Virus record (IMG/VR): IMGVR_UViG_3300037834_000040 | Span: 1-37,347 of that record | DNA length: 37,347 bases | Source of the DNA: a virus | Lineage: Duplodnaviria; Caudoviricetes | Strand: one strand, 5' to 3' | In this document: positions 16,029 through 24,823 of the stretch, piece after piece | Layout: each line of letters starts with the position of its first letter | How positions within the stretch are numbered: the first letter of the stretch is position 1 | Made by a program: the position numbers and the translations under genes | Notes under the pieces: generated by a model | Database searches by the model: none | What the model was told of the DNA's origin: nothing | What the model saw: only the letters and a program-made list of their open reading frames with translations

Positions 16029-16441
16029 TGGAGTTCCGGCCGGCGACCCTGTCGGATTTTGCGCGGCTCTGCCCGACCGTTCCGCGCCGGATATGGAAGG
16101 GCGCGGCGGTGCAGATCACTGCGGCTCCGTCCTGGACGCTTTGGCACGACGGCGAACCGCTCTTGATCGGCAGCCTCGTTCCCTTCCATTCCGGCATCTT
16201 CGAGGCCTGCCTGATGCTGCCGTCCGGCGTGAAGCTGCCTTTGGCAGCCTTGCGCTACACGATGCTGCGCGTGGCGACGGTGATGCCGGACAGCACGATC
16301 ATCGCCCGGATCGACGACGCGAATGCCGCCGGCCAGCGACTGGCGCGGCTGATCGGTTTTGTGCCGATCGACGAGCACCTGGCCGGCACCGCCATCCGGA
16401 CCTGGGTGCGGATAAACGTGACAGATTTCCCGCCCGCATAG
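16028..16441 (+). CDS. GNAT-fold-like phage protein
   Basis: NAAGQRLARLIGF resembles the GNAT C-terminal motif; position between terL and portal. Confidence 0.6.
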   Translation: MEFRPATLSDFARLCPTVPRRIWKGAAVQITAAPSWTLWHDGEPLLIGSLVPFHSGIFEACLMLPSGVKLPLAALRYTMLRVATVMPDSTIIARIDDANAAGQRLARLIGFVPIDEHLAGTAIRTWVRINVTDFPPA

Positions 16442-16444
16442 ACT
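16413..16444 (+). promoter_or_regulatory. Putative late promoter 2 (portal/head module)
   Basis: TAAACGTGAC-N16-TAGACT. Confidence 0.75.
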
Positions 16445-16472
16445 GCCCGCCAAACGGCAAGGGAAGGGCGTC

Positions 16473-16679
16473 ATGAGCGCAATCGGCAAACTCTTCGGCG
16501 GCGGCGGCAACAAAGGCCCCAGCGAAGCCGAGAAGGCGATGCAGCGCGATCGCTATGAAAAGGCGAACCGCGCCGACGCCGAGGCCGACCAGCGCCTGGC
16601 GGTCGCATCCCGCGCCTCGACGCTGCGCCGCTCGCTCGCCTTCAACGATCGCGAAAAGAAAAGCACGACTGGCGGCTGA
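16473..16679 (+). CDS. Small virion assembly protein preceding the portal
   Basis: 68 aa, MSAIGKLFGGGG; position matches small T7-like pre-portal genes. Confidence 0.65.
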   Translation: MSAIGKLFGGGGNKGPSEAEKAMQRDRYEKANRADAEADQRLAVASRASTLRRSLAFNDREKKSTTGG

Positions 16680-18307
16680 TGGCGGACAGTGAAGCCAAGG
16701 ACGTAAAGGCGGCGCAGGTCGATCTGAAAAAGGTCGACAAGCGCTGCAGCCGCGCGATCGAGAAATGCCGCAGCCACAAAGCGCTTCTCGACGAACTCTA
16801 TGAATATGTGCTGCCCTACCGGGCGCCGGCGGGAACGCAGGCCGCATCGACGCAGGGGCGCGTCGACCGCATCTTCGACGCCACCGCCTCGAAAGCCGCG
16901 TTCCGGTTTTCCGGCCGGATGCAGCAAGACGTGACGCCCTCCTTCCAGCGCTTTTTCGAGCTGAAGATCGGCCCGTATCTCGAGATCGAGGGCGACCAGA
17001 AAAAGCAGGCCGAGGAAGAGCTTGCGCTGATCTCGAAGAAGATCGCTGCCGTCCTCGAGGGCGCGGAATTCGCGGTCGCGGCCGGGGAGATGTATCTCGA
17101 CCTTTTCGGCGGCACCGGCGCGATGCTGATGCTGGAGCACGATCGCGACATCCTCAACTTCGTCTCGGTTCCAGTCGGCGAGATCTCGCTGCGTGAAAAC
17201 GGCACCGGCAAGGTCAACGGCATCTACTGGCCGAAGACCTATTCGGCCGAGGACATCCCCGGCCTGTGGCCGAAGGACAGGATCAAGCTGTCCGACGAGC
17301 TGAAGAAGATCATCGACGAGAACCCGGAAACGGAAGTCGCGATCATCCAGGCGTGCGAATATGACGAGACGCGCGGCCAGTGGGATTTCTGGGCCTATCG
17401 CGCCGGCAAGGCCGAGGAAGGAGCGATCTACCAGACGACGGAGCAGACCTGCCCGTGGCTGACGCCGCGCTTCTACAAGGTGCCGGGCGAGCCGATGGGC
17501 CGCGGCCCCGGCCTGATCGGCCTGCCGACGGCGAAGACGCTGAACAAGGTGACGGAACTGTCGATCAAGGCGGCCGCATTTGCCATTCTCGGCTTGTGGA
17601 TCTACCGCAACGATCGCACCTTCAACCCGAAAACGGCGCGAATGAAGCCGGGCGCGATGTGGGCGGTGGGATCGACCAGCGGCAATATGGGCGCCTCGGT
17701 CCAGCGGCTCGAGGTTCCCGGCCGGTTCGACATTTCGAACCTCATCCTGCAGGACCTGCGCGAAAGCGTGAAGCAGCTCATGCTCGACGACACGCTGCCG
17801 CCCGACAGCGGCGCGGTGCGTTCGGCGACGGAGATCGTCGAGCGGATGAAACGCCTGTCGGCCGACCTCGCCGGCGCCTATGCGCGCCTGGTGCTGGAAA
17901 TCATCCGGCCGCTGATCCAGCGCGTCATCGACGTGTTGTTCCGCAAGAAGCTGATCTCGACGAATTTGACGATCGACCAGCTCCTGTTCCGCGTCGAGGT
18001 GGTGTCGCCGATCGCGAAGATCCAGCAGGCGCAGGACGTGTCGTCGCTCGTCGAGTGGCTGCAGATCATGATCTCGCTCGGCGGCATGGAGATCACCATG
18101 CTGACGGCGAAGGTCGAGGACGTCTTTACCGAAATCGGCCACAAGCTCGGCATCCCCGAAAAGCTGATCCGCTCGGAAGCGGAAAAGTCGAAGATCCAGC
18201 AGATGGTGGCGCAGATCATTGCCCAGGCGCAGATGCCGGCGCAGCCGGCCGGTGGCGCCCAAGGGGGATCGGCCGCGCCGCCGGGCGGACAGATGCAACC
18301 GGCGTGA
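16679..18307 (+). CDS. Portal / head-tail connector (T7 gp8-like)
   Basis: RIFDATA, PRFYKVPGEPMGRGPG, RSATEIVER, VSPIAKIQQ motifs; 542 aa. Confidence 0.93.
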   Translation: MADSEAKDVKAAQVDLKKVDKRCSRAIEKCRSHKALLDELYEYVLPYRAPAGTQAASTQGRVDRIFDATASKAAFRFSGRMQQDVTPSFQRFFELKIGPYLEIEGDQKKQAEEELALISKKIAAVLEGAEFAVAAGEMYLDLFGGTGAMLMLEHDRDILNFVSVPVGEISLRENGTGKVNGIYWPKTYSAEDIPGLWPKDRIKLSDELKKIIDENPETEVAIIQACEYDETRGQWDFWAYRAGKAEEGAIYQTTEQTCPWLTPRFYKVPGEPMGRGPGLIGLPTAKTLNKVTELSIKAAAFAILGLWIYRNDRTFNPKTARMKPGAMWAVGSTSGNMGASVQRLEVPGRFDISNLILQDLRESVKQLMLDDTLPPDSGAVRSATEIVERMKRLSADLAGAYARLVLEIIRPLIQRVIDVLFRKKLISTNLTIDQLLFRVEVVSPIAKIQQAQDVSSLVEWLQIMISLGGMEITMLTAKVEDVFTEIGHKLGIPEKLIRSEAEKSKIQQMVAQIIAQAQMPAQPAGGAQGGSAAPPGGQMQPA

Positions 18308-18341
18308 GGCCACGCCGTCATATAGCGAAGGACAGGAAACC

Positions 18342-18773
18342 TTGAGCGACACCGAAACCGAAGACCGACACGGCATCGAACCCGACGAGACCTTGCGCGA
18401 TCTCGATCACGAGCCGTCCGCGCAATCGCTTCTGGAGCAACTCGGCCGCGCGATGGGCGGCGACATGGAGGGTTGGGCGGGGATCGACGGCTCCAGCGGC
18501 GCGCTGCACCGCCAGCGCCAGGAAAGCGCAGCCGCCATCCGCAAGGAAGCGGCCGTCTTCCGCGACACCTTTGCGACCGCGGACGGGCAGAAGTGCCTGC
18601 AGCTCATGATCGACCAGACGCTGCGCGCGCAGCCCTATCCGGTCGACGCGATGCTGCCGATGGACGCCATCACCCCGCTCGTCATCGCGCACAATGCGCA
18701 GTGCAATTTCGTCTGGGCCATTCTCGAGGCCATCGCCCAGGCGGAGAACCGGCCGGCAACACCGAGGAACTGA
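18342..18773 (+). CDS. Bbp19-like protein
   Basis: FRDTFATADGQKCL motif; TTG start after CAGGA; between portal and scaffold. Confidence 0.7.
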   Translation: MSDTETEDRHGIEPDETLRDLDHEPSAQSLLEQLGRAMGGDMEGWAGIDGSSGALHRQRQESAAAIRKEAAVFRDTFATADGQKCLQLMIDQTLRAQPYPVDAMLPMDAITPLVIAHNAQCNFVWAILEAIAQAENRPATPRN

Positions 18774-18774
18774 C

Positions 18775-19632
18775 ATGGACGGACAGGAAAACAGCCACGG
18801 CGTCGACACGACGCCTGAAATCACCAATGCGGACGCCGGCGCCGGCAAGGTCGCCGATCCGGCGCAGCCGGGCACGGAAGGCGCCAAGACGCTGCCGATC
18901 GGCGGCGCGGACGGCGCCCAGCCTTCCCTGCACAAACCCGAGGGGATCGCCGACCATCTGATCGGCCAGACCGATCAGGAAACGATCGACCGCCTGTTCA
19001 AGGAGAACAAGGGCTTCCGCGACGCCCAGGCGAAGGGGCCGCAGGTGCCGGAAAAGGCCGACGCCTATGCCTTCAACTGGTCCGACAAGCTGAAAGCCGC
19101 CGGCGGGATCGCCGACGACGATCCGGCGCTCGAGGCGTTCAAAGGCATCGCCCACGAGCACGGCTTCACCCAGCAACAGATCGACGCCATCCCGAAATTC
19201 ATGGACACGCTCGTCGACAAGGGGTTGATCGAAAAGCCATTCGATACGTCCGCGCTCCTGAAGAGCCTGGCGCCGGAGGGCTATCGCGGCTCCGCGGAAC
19301 AGATCGAGGCGAAGGGCGGCGAGCGGCTGTTGACGGCGGAAAACTGGATCAAGCAGCTCACGCCGCAGCACGGTTTCACCGACGGGATGAAGAACGAGAT
19401 GCGGCTGCTGACGACGTCGGCCGACGGCGTCGCGGTGATCGAGGCGCTGATGAAATCCGGCTCGAACCCGTCGATCCAGCCGGGCGGCGGCATCCAGCAG
19501 CAGGGCATCTCGAAATCCGACCTCGAGGCGCGCACGGCCGATCCGCGCAATGACGCCTTTGGCGCCAAGTTCGATCCGGCCTATGCCGAGGAGACGCGCA
19601 AGCTCTTCAAGCAGATGTATCCGGACGACTAG
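18775..19632 (+). CDS. Capsid scaffolding protein
   Basis: VPEKADAY, FKGIAHEHGFTQQQ, C-terminal DP...KLFKQMY; directly before capsid. Confidence 0.8.
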   Translation: MDGQENSHGVDTTPEITNADAGAGKVADPAQPGTEGAKTLPIGGADGAQPSLHKPEGIADHLIGQTDQETIDRLFKENKGFRDAQAKGPQVPEKADAYAFNWSDKLKAAGGIADDDPALEAFKGIAHEHGFTQQQIDAIPKFMDTLVDKGLIEKPFDTSALLKSLAPEGYRGSAEQIEAKGGERLLTAENWIKQLTPQHGFTDGMKNEMRLLTTSADGVAVIEALMKSGSNPSIQPGGGIQQQGISKSDLEARTADPRNDAFGAKFDPAYAEETRKLFKQMYPDD

Positions 19633-19724
19633 GCTCCCTCACGCGCCGGTCGCCGCCGCCGGTCGGCAACTGGACTTTCAGAGCCCGCCTGGCCCCGCCC
19701 GGCGGGCTTCCTCTTTGCCGTCGA

Positions 19725-19756
19725 TAAACGTGACAGGTTCGGCCCGCCCCTATCCT
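19725..19756 (+). promoter_or_regulatory. Putative late promoter 3 (major capsid)
   Basis: TAAACGTGAC-N16-TATCCT, just after a hairpin at 19682-19708. Confidence 0.8.
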
Positions 19757-19880
19757 CGCCGATCAACGGTGGATGGACCCGGACGGCGCGGCAACCGGCT
19801 CGAAAGAGACAGGCCCGCACACCCTTCTGGCAATCGGCCCCGGAAAACCAAAGGACCACTCAACCGGGAAAGATGAGCCC

Positions 19881-20744
19881 ATGTCGGCAACGGCCCCCAA
19901 TCATTACGTCCAGCAGTGGCGCACCCAGGCGCTGCACGTCTACCAGTCCGGCGGCTTCGCGCTGCGCAACACCACGACCCCGCCCGAAAAGATCACGGGC
20001 GAGAAGATGCATTTCCCGATCTTCGGCATCGGCGAGGCCGAGGAAGACGTCAAGCGCGGCGACGTCGCCAAGCCGCACAACGCCAACGACACGACCGTCG
20101 CGGTTGACACCAAGAAGAGCCGTGCCTTCGAGGAGGTCTTCGAGGACGATCTCGACCAGATGACGGTGAACCGCCAGCAGGCGGTTGCCAAGCGCTCGGC
20201 CATGGCGCTCGGCCGCGTTCACGACAAGACGATCGTCCGGGCGCTCAAGGCGGCGACCCAGTCGCAGGGCGCCTATCTCGATCTCATGTCCGTCTCGACC
20301 CTCGTCAAGGCGAAGCAGGTTCTGATGGCGCAGGATGTCGAGGTGCAGGACGGCAACGTCTTCTGCGCCGTCGACAGCGTGTCCTGGGCGATGCTGATCG
20401 GCGACAAGCGTATCGCCAATGCCGACTATGTCGGGCCTGACCTGCCCTTCGTGAAGGGCAACCTGGCGAAGACCTGGAACGGCATTCACATCTTCGCGCT
20501 CTCCGACAAGACGCTGCGCGACGGCGACGCCGCCAACCAGGCCACCTGCCTGATGTGGCACCGCTCGGCGATCGGCTTCGGCTATGTCCGCGAACTGACC
20601 GGTTCCGTCGCCTGGGACAACCGCAAGGATTGCTGGACCCACAACATGCGGATGCGCATCGGCTCGCAGCTCCTCCTGCCCAACGGTGCGGTGAAGATCC
20701 CCGCGAAATACGTCCCGGCCGACATCGTCCTGCCGGCCGCCTGA
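19881..20744 (+). CDS. Major capsid protein
   Basis: YVQQW..HVYQ..G..LR, AMALGRVHDKTI, NADYV, WHRSAIG patterns of T7/BPP-1-like capsids; ATG 19881. Confidence 0.9.
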   Translation: MSATAPNHYVQQWRTQALHVYQSGGFALRNTTTPPEKITGEKMHFPIFGIGEAEEDVKRGDVAKPHNANDTTVAVDTKKSRAFEEVFEDDLDQMTVNRQQAVAKRSAMALGRVHDKTIVRALKAATQSQGAYLDLMSVSTLVKAKQVLMAQDVEVQDGNVFCAVDSVSWAMLIGDKRIANADYVGPDLPFVKGNLAKTWNGIHIFALSDKTLRDGDAANQATCLMWHRSAIGFGYVRELTGSVAWDNRKDCWTHNMRMRIGSQLLLPNGAVKIPAKYVPADIVLPAA

Positions 20745-20751
20745 TCCCCCG

Positions 20752-20785
20752 GCCGGGGCGCGTAGCCCCGGCTTCACCCTTCTTT
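20752..20785 (+). terminator. Hairpin / weak terminator after capsid gene
   Basis: 8-bp stem 20752-20759/20765-20772 then TTCACCCTTCTTT. Confidence 0.5.
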
Positions 20786-20804
20786 GCAACCCGAGGATTT
20801 TCAC

Positions 20805-21095
20805 ATGCGCACTGTCGGAAACGGCACGATCCGCCGGAAGAACGAAGGCGTCTCCCACGGCGCCGCCCCCAACACCAAGCAGCTTACCGACTGGGACCTC
20901 GCCACCAATGACGACGCGGCGACCGTCCAGACGGCGGGCCACTTCAACGGCATGGCCGACGTCATGCAGGTCGGCGAGATGATCTTCGCCCGGCTCGATC
21001 TCGACGGATCGCCAGCGGGCCGGATCTATATCGTCACGGCCAACAGCGGCACCGCGGTCACGGTCGCGCCGATCCAGGCGACGTCGATCGTCTAA
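20805..21095 (+). CDS. Probable capsid decoration / minor head protein
   Basis: TNDDAATVQTAGHFN..MQVGEMI motif; follows capsid; RBS GAGGA. Confidence 0.65.
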   Translation: MRTVGNGTIRRKNEGVSHGAAPNTKQLTDWDLATNDDAATVQTAGHFNGMADVMQVGEMIFARLDLDGSPAGRIYIVTANSGTAVTVAPIQATSIV

Positions 21096-21154
21096 GCGAG
21101 CCTTTGCCTGGGCGCCCGGCCCCGCGCCGGGCGCTTCCTCCTGCCGGAGCCGAC

Positions 21155-21796
21155 ATGGACGCCGTCACCATCATCAATCGCGCTCTCGCCCGCATCGGCT
21201 GCCTGCCGGTGCAGTCGATCGCAGCGCCCGGCCCGGCCGGCGTCTCCGTCGTCGCGACCTATGACGCGGTGCTCGAGGACCTCCTGTCGAAATATCCCTG
21301 GCATTTCACCAAGCGCTTCGCCGCCCTTTCGCGTCTGACCAAGACACCGCCCGGCTGGACCTATGCGTTCATGCTGCCGCCGAACCGGCTGGCGCTGCCG
21401 CGCGGCTATTATGACGGCCCCGATATTTCCGGGCGGCCGCTCCTGTCGTACCAGCTTGCGACGAATGAAGTCTTCGCCAACGCGTCGCAGGTCTATGCCG
21501 AATTCCAGGTCAAGCCGCCGGTCGCGCATTGGCCCGGCTATTTCCGCGAGCTCGTGACGCTGGCGCTGGGCGCCGAATATGCGCTGGAGATCCGCGAGGA
21601 CGGGCAGCTTCGAAATTTCCTGCGCCGGGATGCCTATGGACCGCCGGACTTCCAGGGCGAGGGCGGCCAGTTCAAGGTCGCCGCCGACCTCGACGCTCAA
21701 GCGCAGCCCTCGCAACAGCCTGCCGGCGGCGCCAACCCGCTGACCGACCTGCGCAATGGTTGGGATGATCCCGACGACGCACGATACGGATGGTGA
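21155..21796 (+). CDS. Tail tubular protein A / adaptor (T7 gp11-like)
   Basis: IINRALARIG, YPWHF, WTYAFMLP, FRELVTLAL. Confidence 0.85.
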   Translation: MDAVTIINRALARIGCLPVQSIAAPGPAGVSVVATYDAVLEDLLSKYPWHFTKRFAALSRLTKTPPGWTYAFMLPPNRLALPRGYYDGPDISGRPLLSYQLATNEVFANASQVYAEFQVKPPVAHWPGYFRELVTLALGAEYALEIREDGQLRNFLRRDAYGPPDFQGEGGQFKVAADLDAQAQPSQQPAGGANPLTDLRNGWDDPDDARYGW

Positions 21797-21800
21797 AGGC

Positions 21801-24272
21801 ATGACAAAGGTCACCACCGTCCAGGCCGCTCATACCTACGGGGTTCTCGATCCGCACATGATCGAGCGCCGCGACACGAAGTTCGTCGGCGGCTCGCTTT
21901 CGGACGGCCGCAACATCGTCATGCTGCCGCAGGGGGGCTATACCGATCGCGGCGGTTCGACCGACATCGCGCGTGCCCGTCGCAAGCTCGATCCCGTCGC
22001 CCTGACAGCCGGGATGCTCACGCTTCCCAATGGCGGAAACGCAGCCGATCTCTTGACCAGCGACACCATGACAACCGTGCCGGCCGCCGCGGGCGAGCGT
22101 TTCGTCCTTTTCGAGGTGGATCTCGGCAGCATCCAGACGATCCAGTTCATCGACGTTGGCGATGTCAGCATTTCCGTGACCGGCGCGCTTGGCGCGCTCA
22201 TTGCCGAATATTGGGACGGCGCGGCCTGGCAGCCCTTCGGGGCCGCGCTCCTGATCACGACCAGCCTGCGCACGCGCCGCTTCGCCGCCGGCGGTCCCGG
22301 ACACCAGGGCATCGGCGCGCAGCGCTTTCGCGTCGCCATCAACGCCAACCTGGCCGGCGGCGATGTCACCTTGAACTACGTCAACATGTGGCGGGAGACC
22401 GCGACGCTTTCCGACGGCATCTGCCGGCGCTACTCGGCGGACGCCGACAACAACTACCGGCTCGTCATCACGGACTTCAATATCGACATCTTCGAGGCGA
22501 CCTTCTGGCGCGCGTCCATCCGCATCCCCGCCCCGGAGAGCATCATCCGCGAGATGAAACTGGAGCCGCGTTTCGACACGATCCTCGCTTTCCATGTCGA
22601 CATGGCGCCGCACCGCATCGAGCGCATGGGCAGCGGCGGCGAATGGAGCTGCTCACCCGTGGTTTTCGACAACGTTCCCCTGGTCGACTATGGCGGCACG
22701 TACACGAACGGCGTCACCGAGGTTCAGCAAATCGAGCTTTACGGACTGGCCTCCGGCGGTCAATTCGACCTGACGGTGGAAGGGCAAACGACGACCGCGA
22801 TCGCGGTCGGCACCACGCAGGCCGACACCGCCATCGCGATCGAAACCGCACTGGAGGCGCTGCCGAACGTCAATGACGGACTGTCCGTTGCCGCGGTCAG
22901 CAATTCGGTGTTCGACGTTTCGTTCACCGGCGAGGGAAACGCCAATCGCGACTGGCTGACCATGGTCGGCACGGCGCTTTCGGCCGATGCCTATGTCCGC
23001 GTCCGGACGCTGACGGAAGGCCGAAAGGGCGGCGAGGCGATCATGTCCAACGCCCGCGGCTGGCCCGCGGTCGGCCGGTTCGCGCAGCAGCGCCTGATCA
23101 TGGCCGGCCTGAAAAGCCGCCCGAACGAGCTGCTCTGTTCCGTCGTCGGCGCGCCGTACGACCTCAACACGGAACTGGGCAGCGCCATCGCCGCCTTTTC
23201 CTACGAGATCGACGGCATGGAGGACAACCGCATCCGCGACATCGTGCTCTCGCGCGTGCTGATCCTTCCGGGATCGGAGCGGACCGCCTATCTGCGCAAC
23301 AGCACGCTTTCGGCCAGCGAGGCGCCGCAATTCGGCCAGTCCGACGCGCCGGGCATCAAGGCCGGGACGCCCGTCGTCTCCTCCGACAACGCCATCTTCT
23401 ACATTCAGGATGGCGGCCAGACGCTGCGCCAGATGAACTATACCGAGATCGAGCAGAACTATATCGCCGACAACGCCTCGGTTCTTTCGGCACACCTGAT
23501 CCGCGACCCGGTCGACATCGTGCGCCGGCGTGCCACCGGGGCGGTCGACAGCGACCTGATCATCATGTCGAACGCGGACGGCACCGCGACGGCTTTCACG
23601 GTGATGCGCAGCCAGGAAGTCTCCGGCTTCGCGCCCTGGATCACCGATGGCGCCTATGCCTCGTTCTGCGTCGATCATCAGAACGTGCTTTGGGCGCTGG
23701 TGCGACGCCTGGACAATGGCGTCACGACCCTACGCCAGGAGCGCATGGAGCCCGAGCTTCTTCTCGACGAAGCGATCGAATTTGCCTTCGGCGCGCCGAC
23801 GACGGCGATAAACGGCCTGGACCGGTTCAACGGGCGCAAGGTTTGGGCGGTTGCCAATGACAGCCTTTACGGCCCGTTCGATGTCGAGGACGGGGCGATC
23901 TCACTGCCCGAAGCGGCGGTTTCGGTGCGCGTCGGCACCTGGGTGGCCCCGCTGGCGACGGACCCGGATGTCAGTCTCGAGGAAGAAACGCGCTCACGCC
24001 ATGCGCGGCTGAAGCGGGTCAACCGCGCCGTCATCTCCGTGCTGGAGACAACGTCGCTCGCGATCCGCGTCAATGACGGCGAGTTCATTCCCCTGCCTTT
24101 GCGCGCGAACGACGACACCTTCCTCGACGAGGGGCCGCTCGCCCGGCCGGTCAGCGGCAAGATCGAGGCCGAGGGAATGCACGGTTTCACCGATCACGGC
24201 CGGCTGACCGTCACCCAGACATTTCCGGGGCGCCTGACGGTGCGCTCGGTGACCAAGAACGTCGTGGCTTGA
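21801..24272 (+). CDS. Tail tubular protein B / nozzle (T7 gp12-like)
   Basis: NIVMLPQGG..RGG N-terminus; RGWPAVGRFAQQRL; QEVSGFA; follows gp11-like gene. Confidence 0.85.
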   Translation: MTKVTTVQAAHTYGVLDPHMIERRDTKFVGGSLSDGRNIVMLPQGGYTDRGGSTDIARARRKLDPVALTAGMLTLPNGGNAADLLTSDTMTTVPAAAGERFVLFEVDLGSIQTIQFIDVGDVSISVTGALGALIAEYWDGAAWQPFGAALLITTSLRTRRFAAGGPGHQGIGAQRFRVAINANLAGGDVTLNYVNMWRETATLSDGICRRYSADADNNYRLVITDFNIDIFEATFWRASIRIPAPESIIREMKLEPRFDTILAFHVDMAPHRIERMGSGGEWSCSPVVFDNVPLVDYGGTYTNGVTEVQQIELYGLASGGQFDLTVEGQTTTAIAVGTTQADTAIAIETALEALPNVNDGLSVAAVSNSVFDVSFTGEGNANRDWLTMVGTALSADAYVRVRTLTEGRKGGEAIMSNARGWPAVGRFAQQRLIMAGLKSRPNELLCSVVGAPYDLNTELGSAIAAFSYEIDGMEDNRIRDIVLSRVLILPGSERTAYLRNSTLSASEAPQFGQSDAPGIKAGTPVVSSDNAIFYIQDGGQTLRQMNYTEIEQNYIADNASVLSAHLIRDPVDIVRRRATGAVDSDLIIMSNADGTATAFTVMRSQEVSGFAPWITDGAYASFCVDHQNVLWALVRRLDNGVTTLRQERMEPELLLDEAIEFAFGAPTTAINGLDRFNGRKVWAVANDSLYGPFDVEDGAISLPEAAVSVRVGTWVAPLATDPDVSLEEETRSRHARLKRVNRAVISVLETTSLAIRVNDGEFIPLPLRANDDTFLDEGPLARPVSGKIEAEGMHGFTDHGRLTVTQTFPGRLTVRSVTKNVVA

Positions 24273-24280
24273 GAGGGACG

Positions 24281-24823
24281 ATGCAGTTTGCCGCCGCACT
24301 TTTCACCAAGGTCTTCGCCGGCGCCGGCGCTGCGGCCGGCGCCGCCGGCACGGCCGGAACCGTCGCGACCGCCGGCTCCGGCATTCTCGGCACGCTCGGC
24401 AAGGTCGCCGGCGTCTTTTCCGCCGTCTCGTCGATCGGTGCCGGCGCGGCCGCAAACAGCCAGGCGAAGGTCGAGGCGCGCCAGCAGGAATTCGAGAGCC
24501 GCAACGAATTCATCGAAGGGCGCGAGACCAGCGCCGCGCTGAAAGCCGAACTCTACCAGACCGTCGCCAACCAGCAGGTGGCTTTTGCCTCCGGCGGGGC
24601 GGGCCTCGGCTCCGTCTCGGTCGAGACCGCGCGACGCCAGGCGACGGCCGACGCGGAAAACGAACTGTCGATCAATTCGTCGTCTTCCATCACCCGCTCC
24701 ATGCAGCGCCGGCGCCAGGCCGCGAACACGCGGGCGCGTGGCCGCGCGGCCCTGACGCAGGGCTTCCTTGGGGCGGCCTCGACCGGCCTCAACACCTACA
24801 TCGACGCGGCGAGGATCGGCTGA
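24281..24823 (+). CDS. Internal virion (ejection) protein, small
   Basis: Ala/Gly-rich hydrophobic N-terminus; QQVAFASGG; position. Confidence 0.7.
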   Translation: MQFAAALFTKVFAGAGAAAGAAGTAGTVATAGSGILGTLGKVAGVFSAVSSIGAGAAANSQAKVEARQQEFESRNEFIEGRETSAALKAELYQTVANQQVAFASGGAGLGSVSVETARRQATADAENELSINSSSSITRSMQRRRQAANTRARGRAALTQGFLGAASTGLNTYIDAARIG

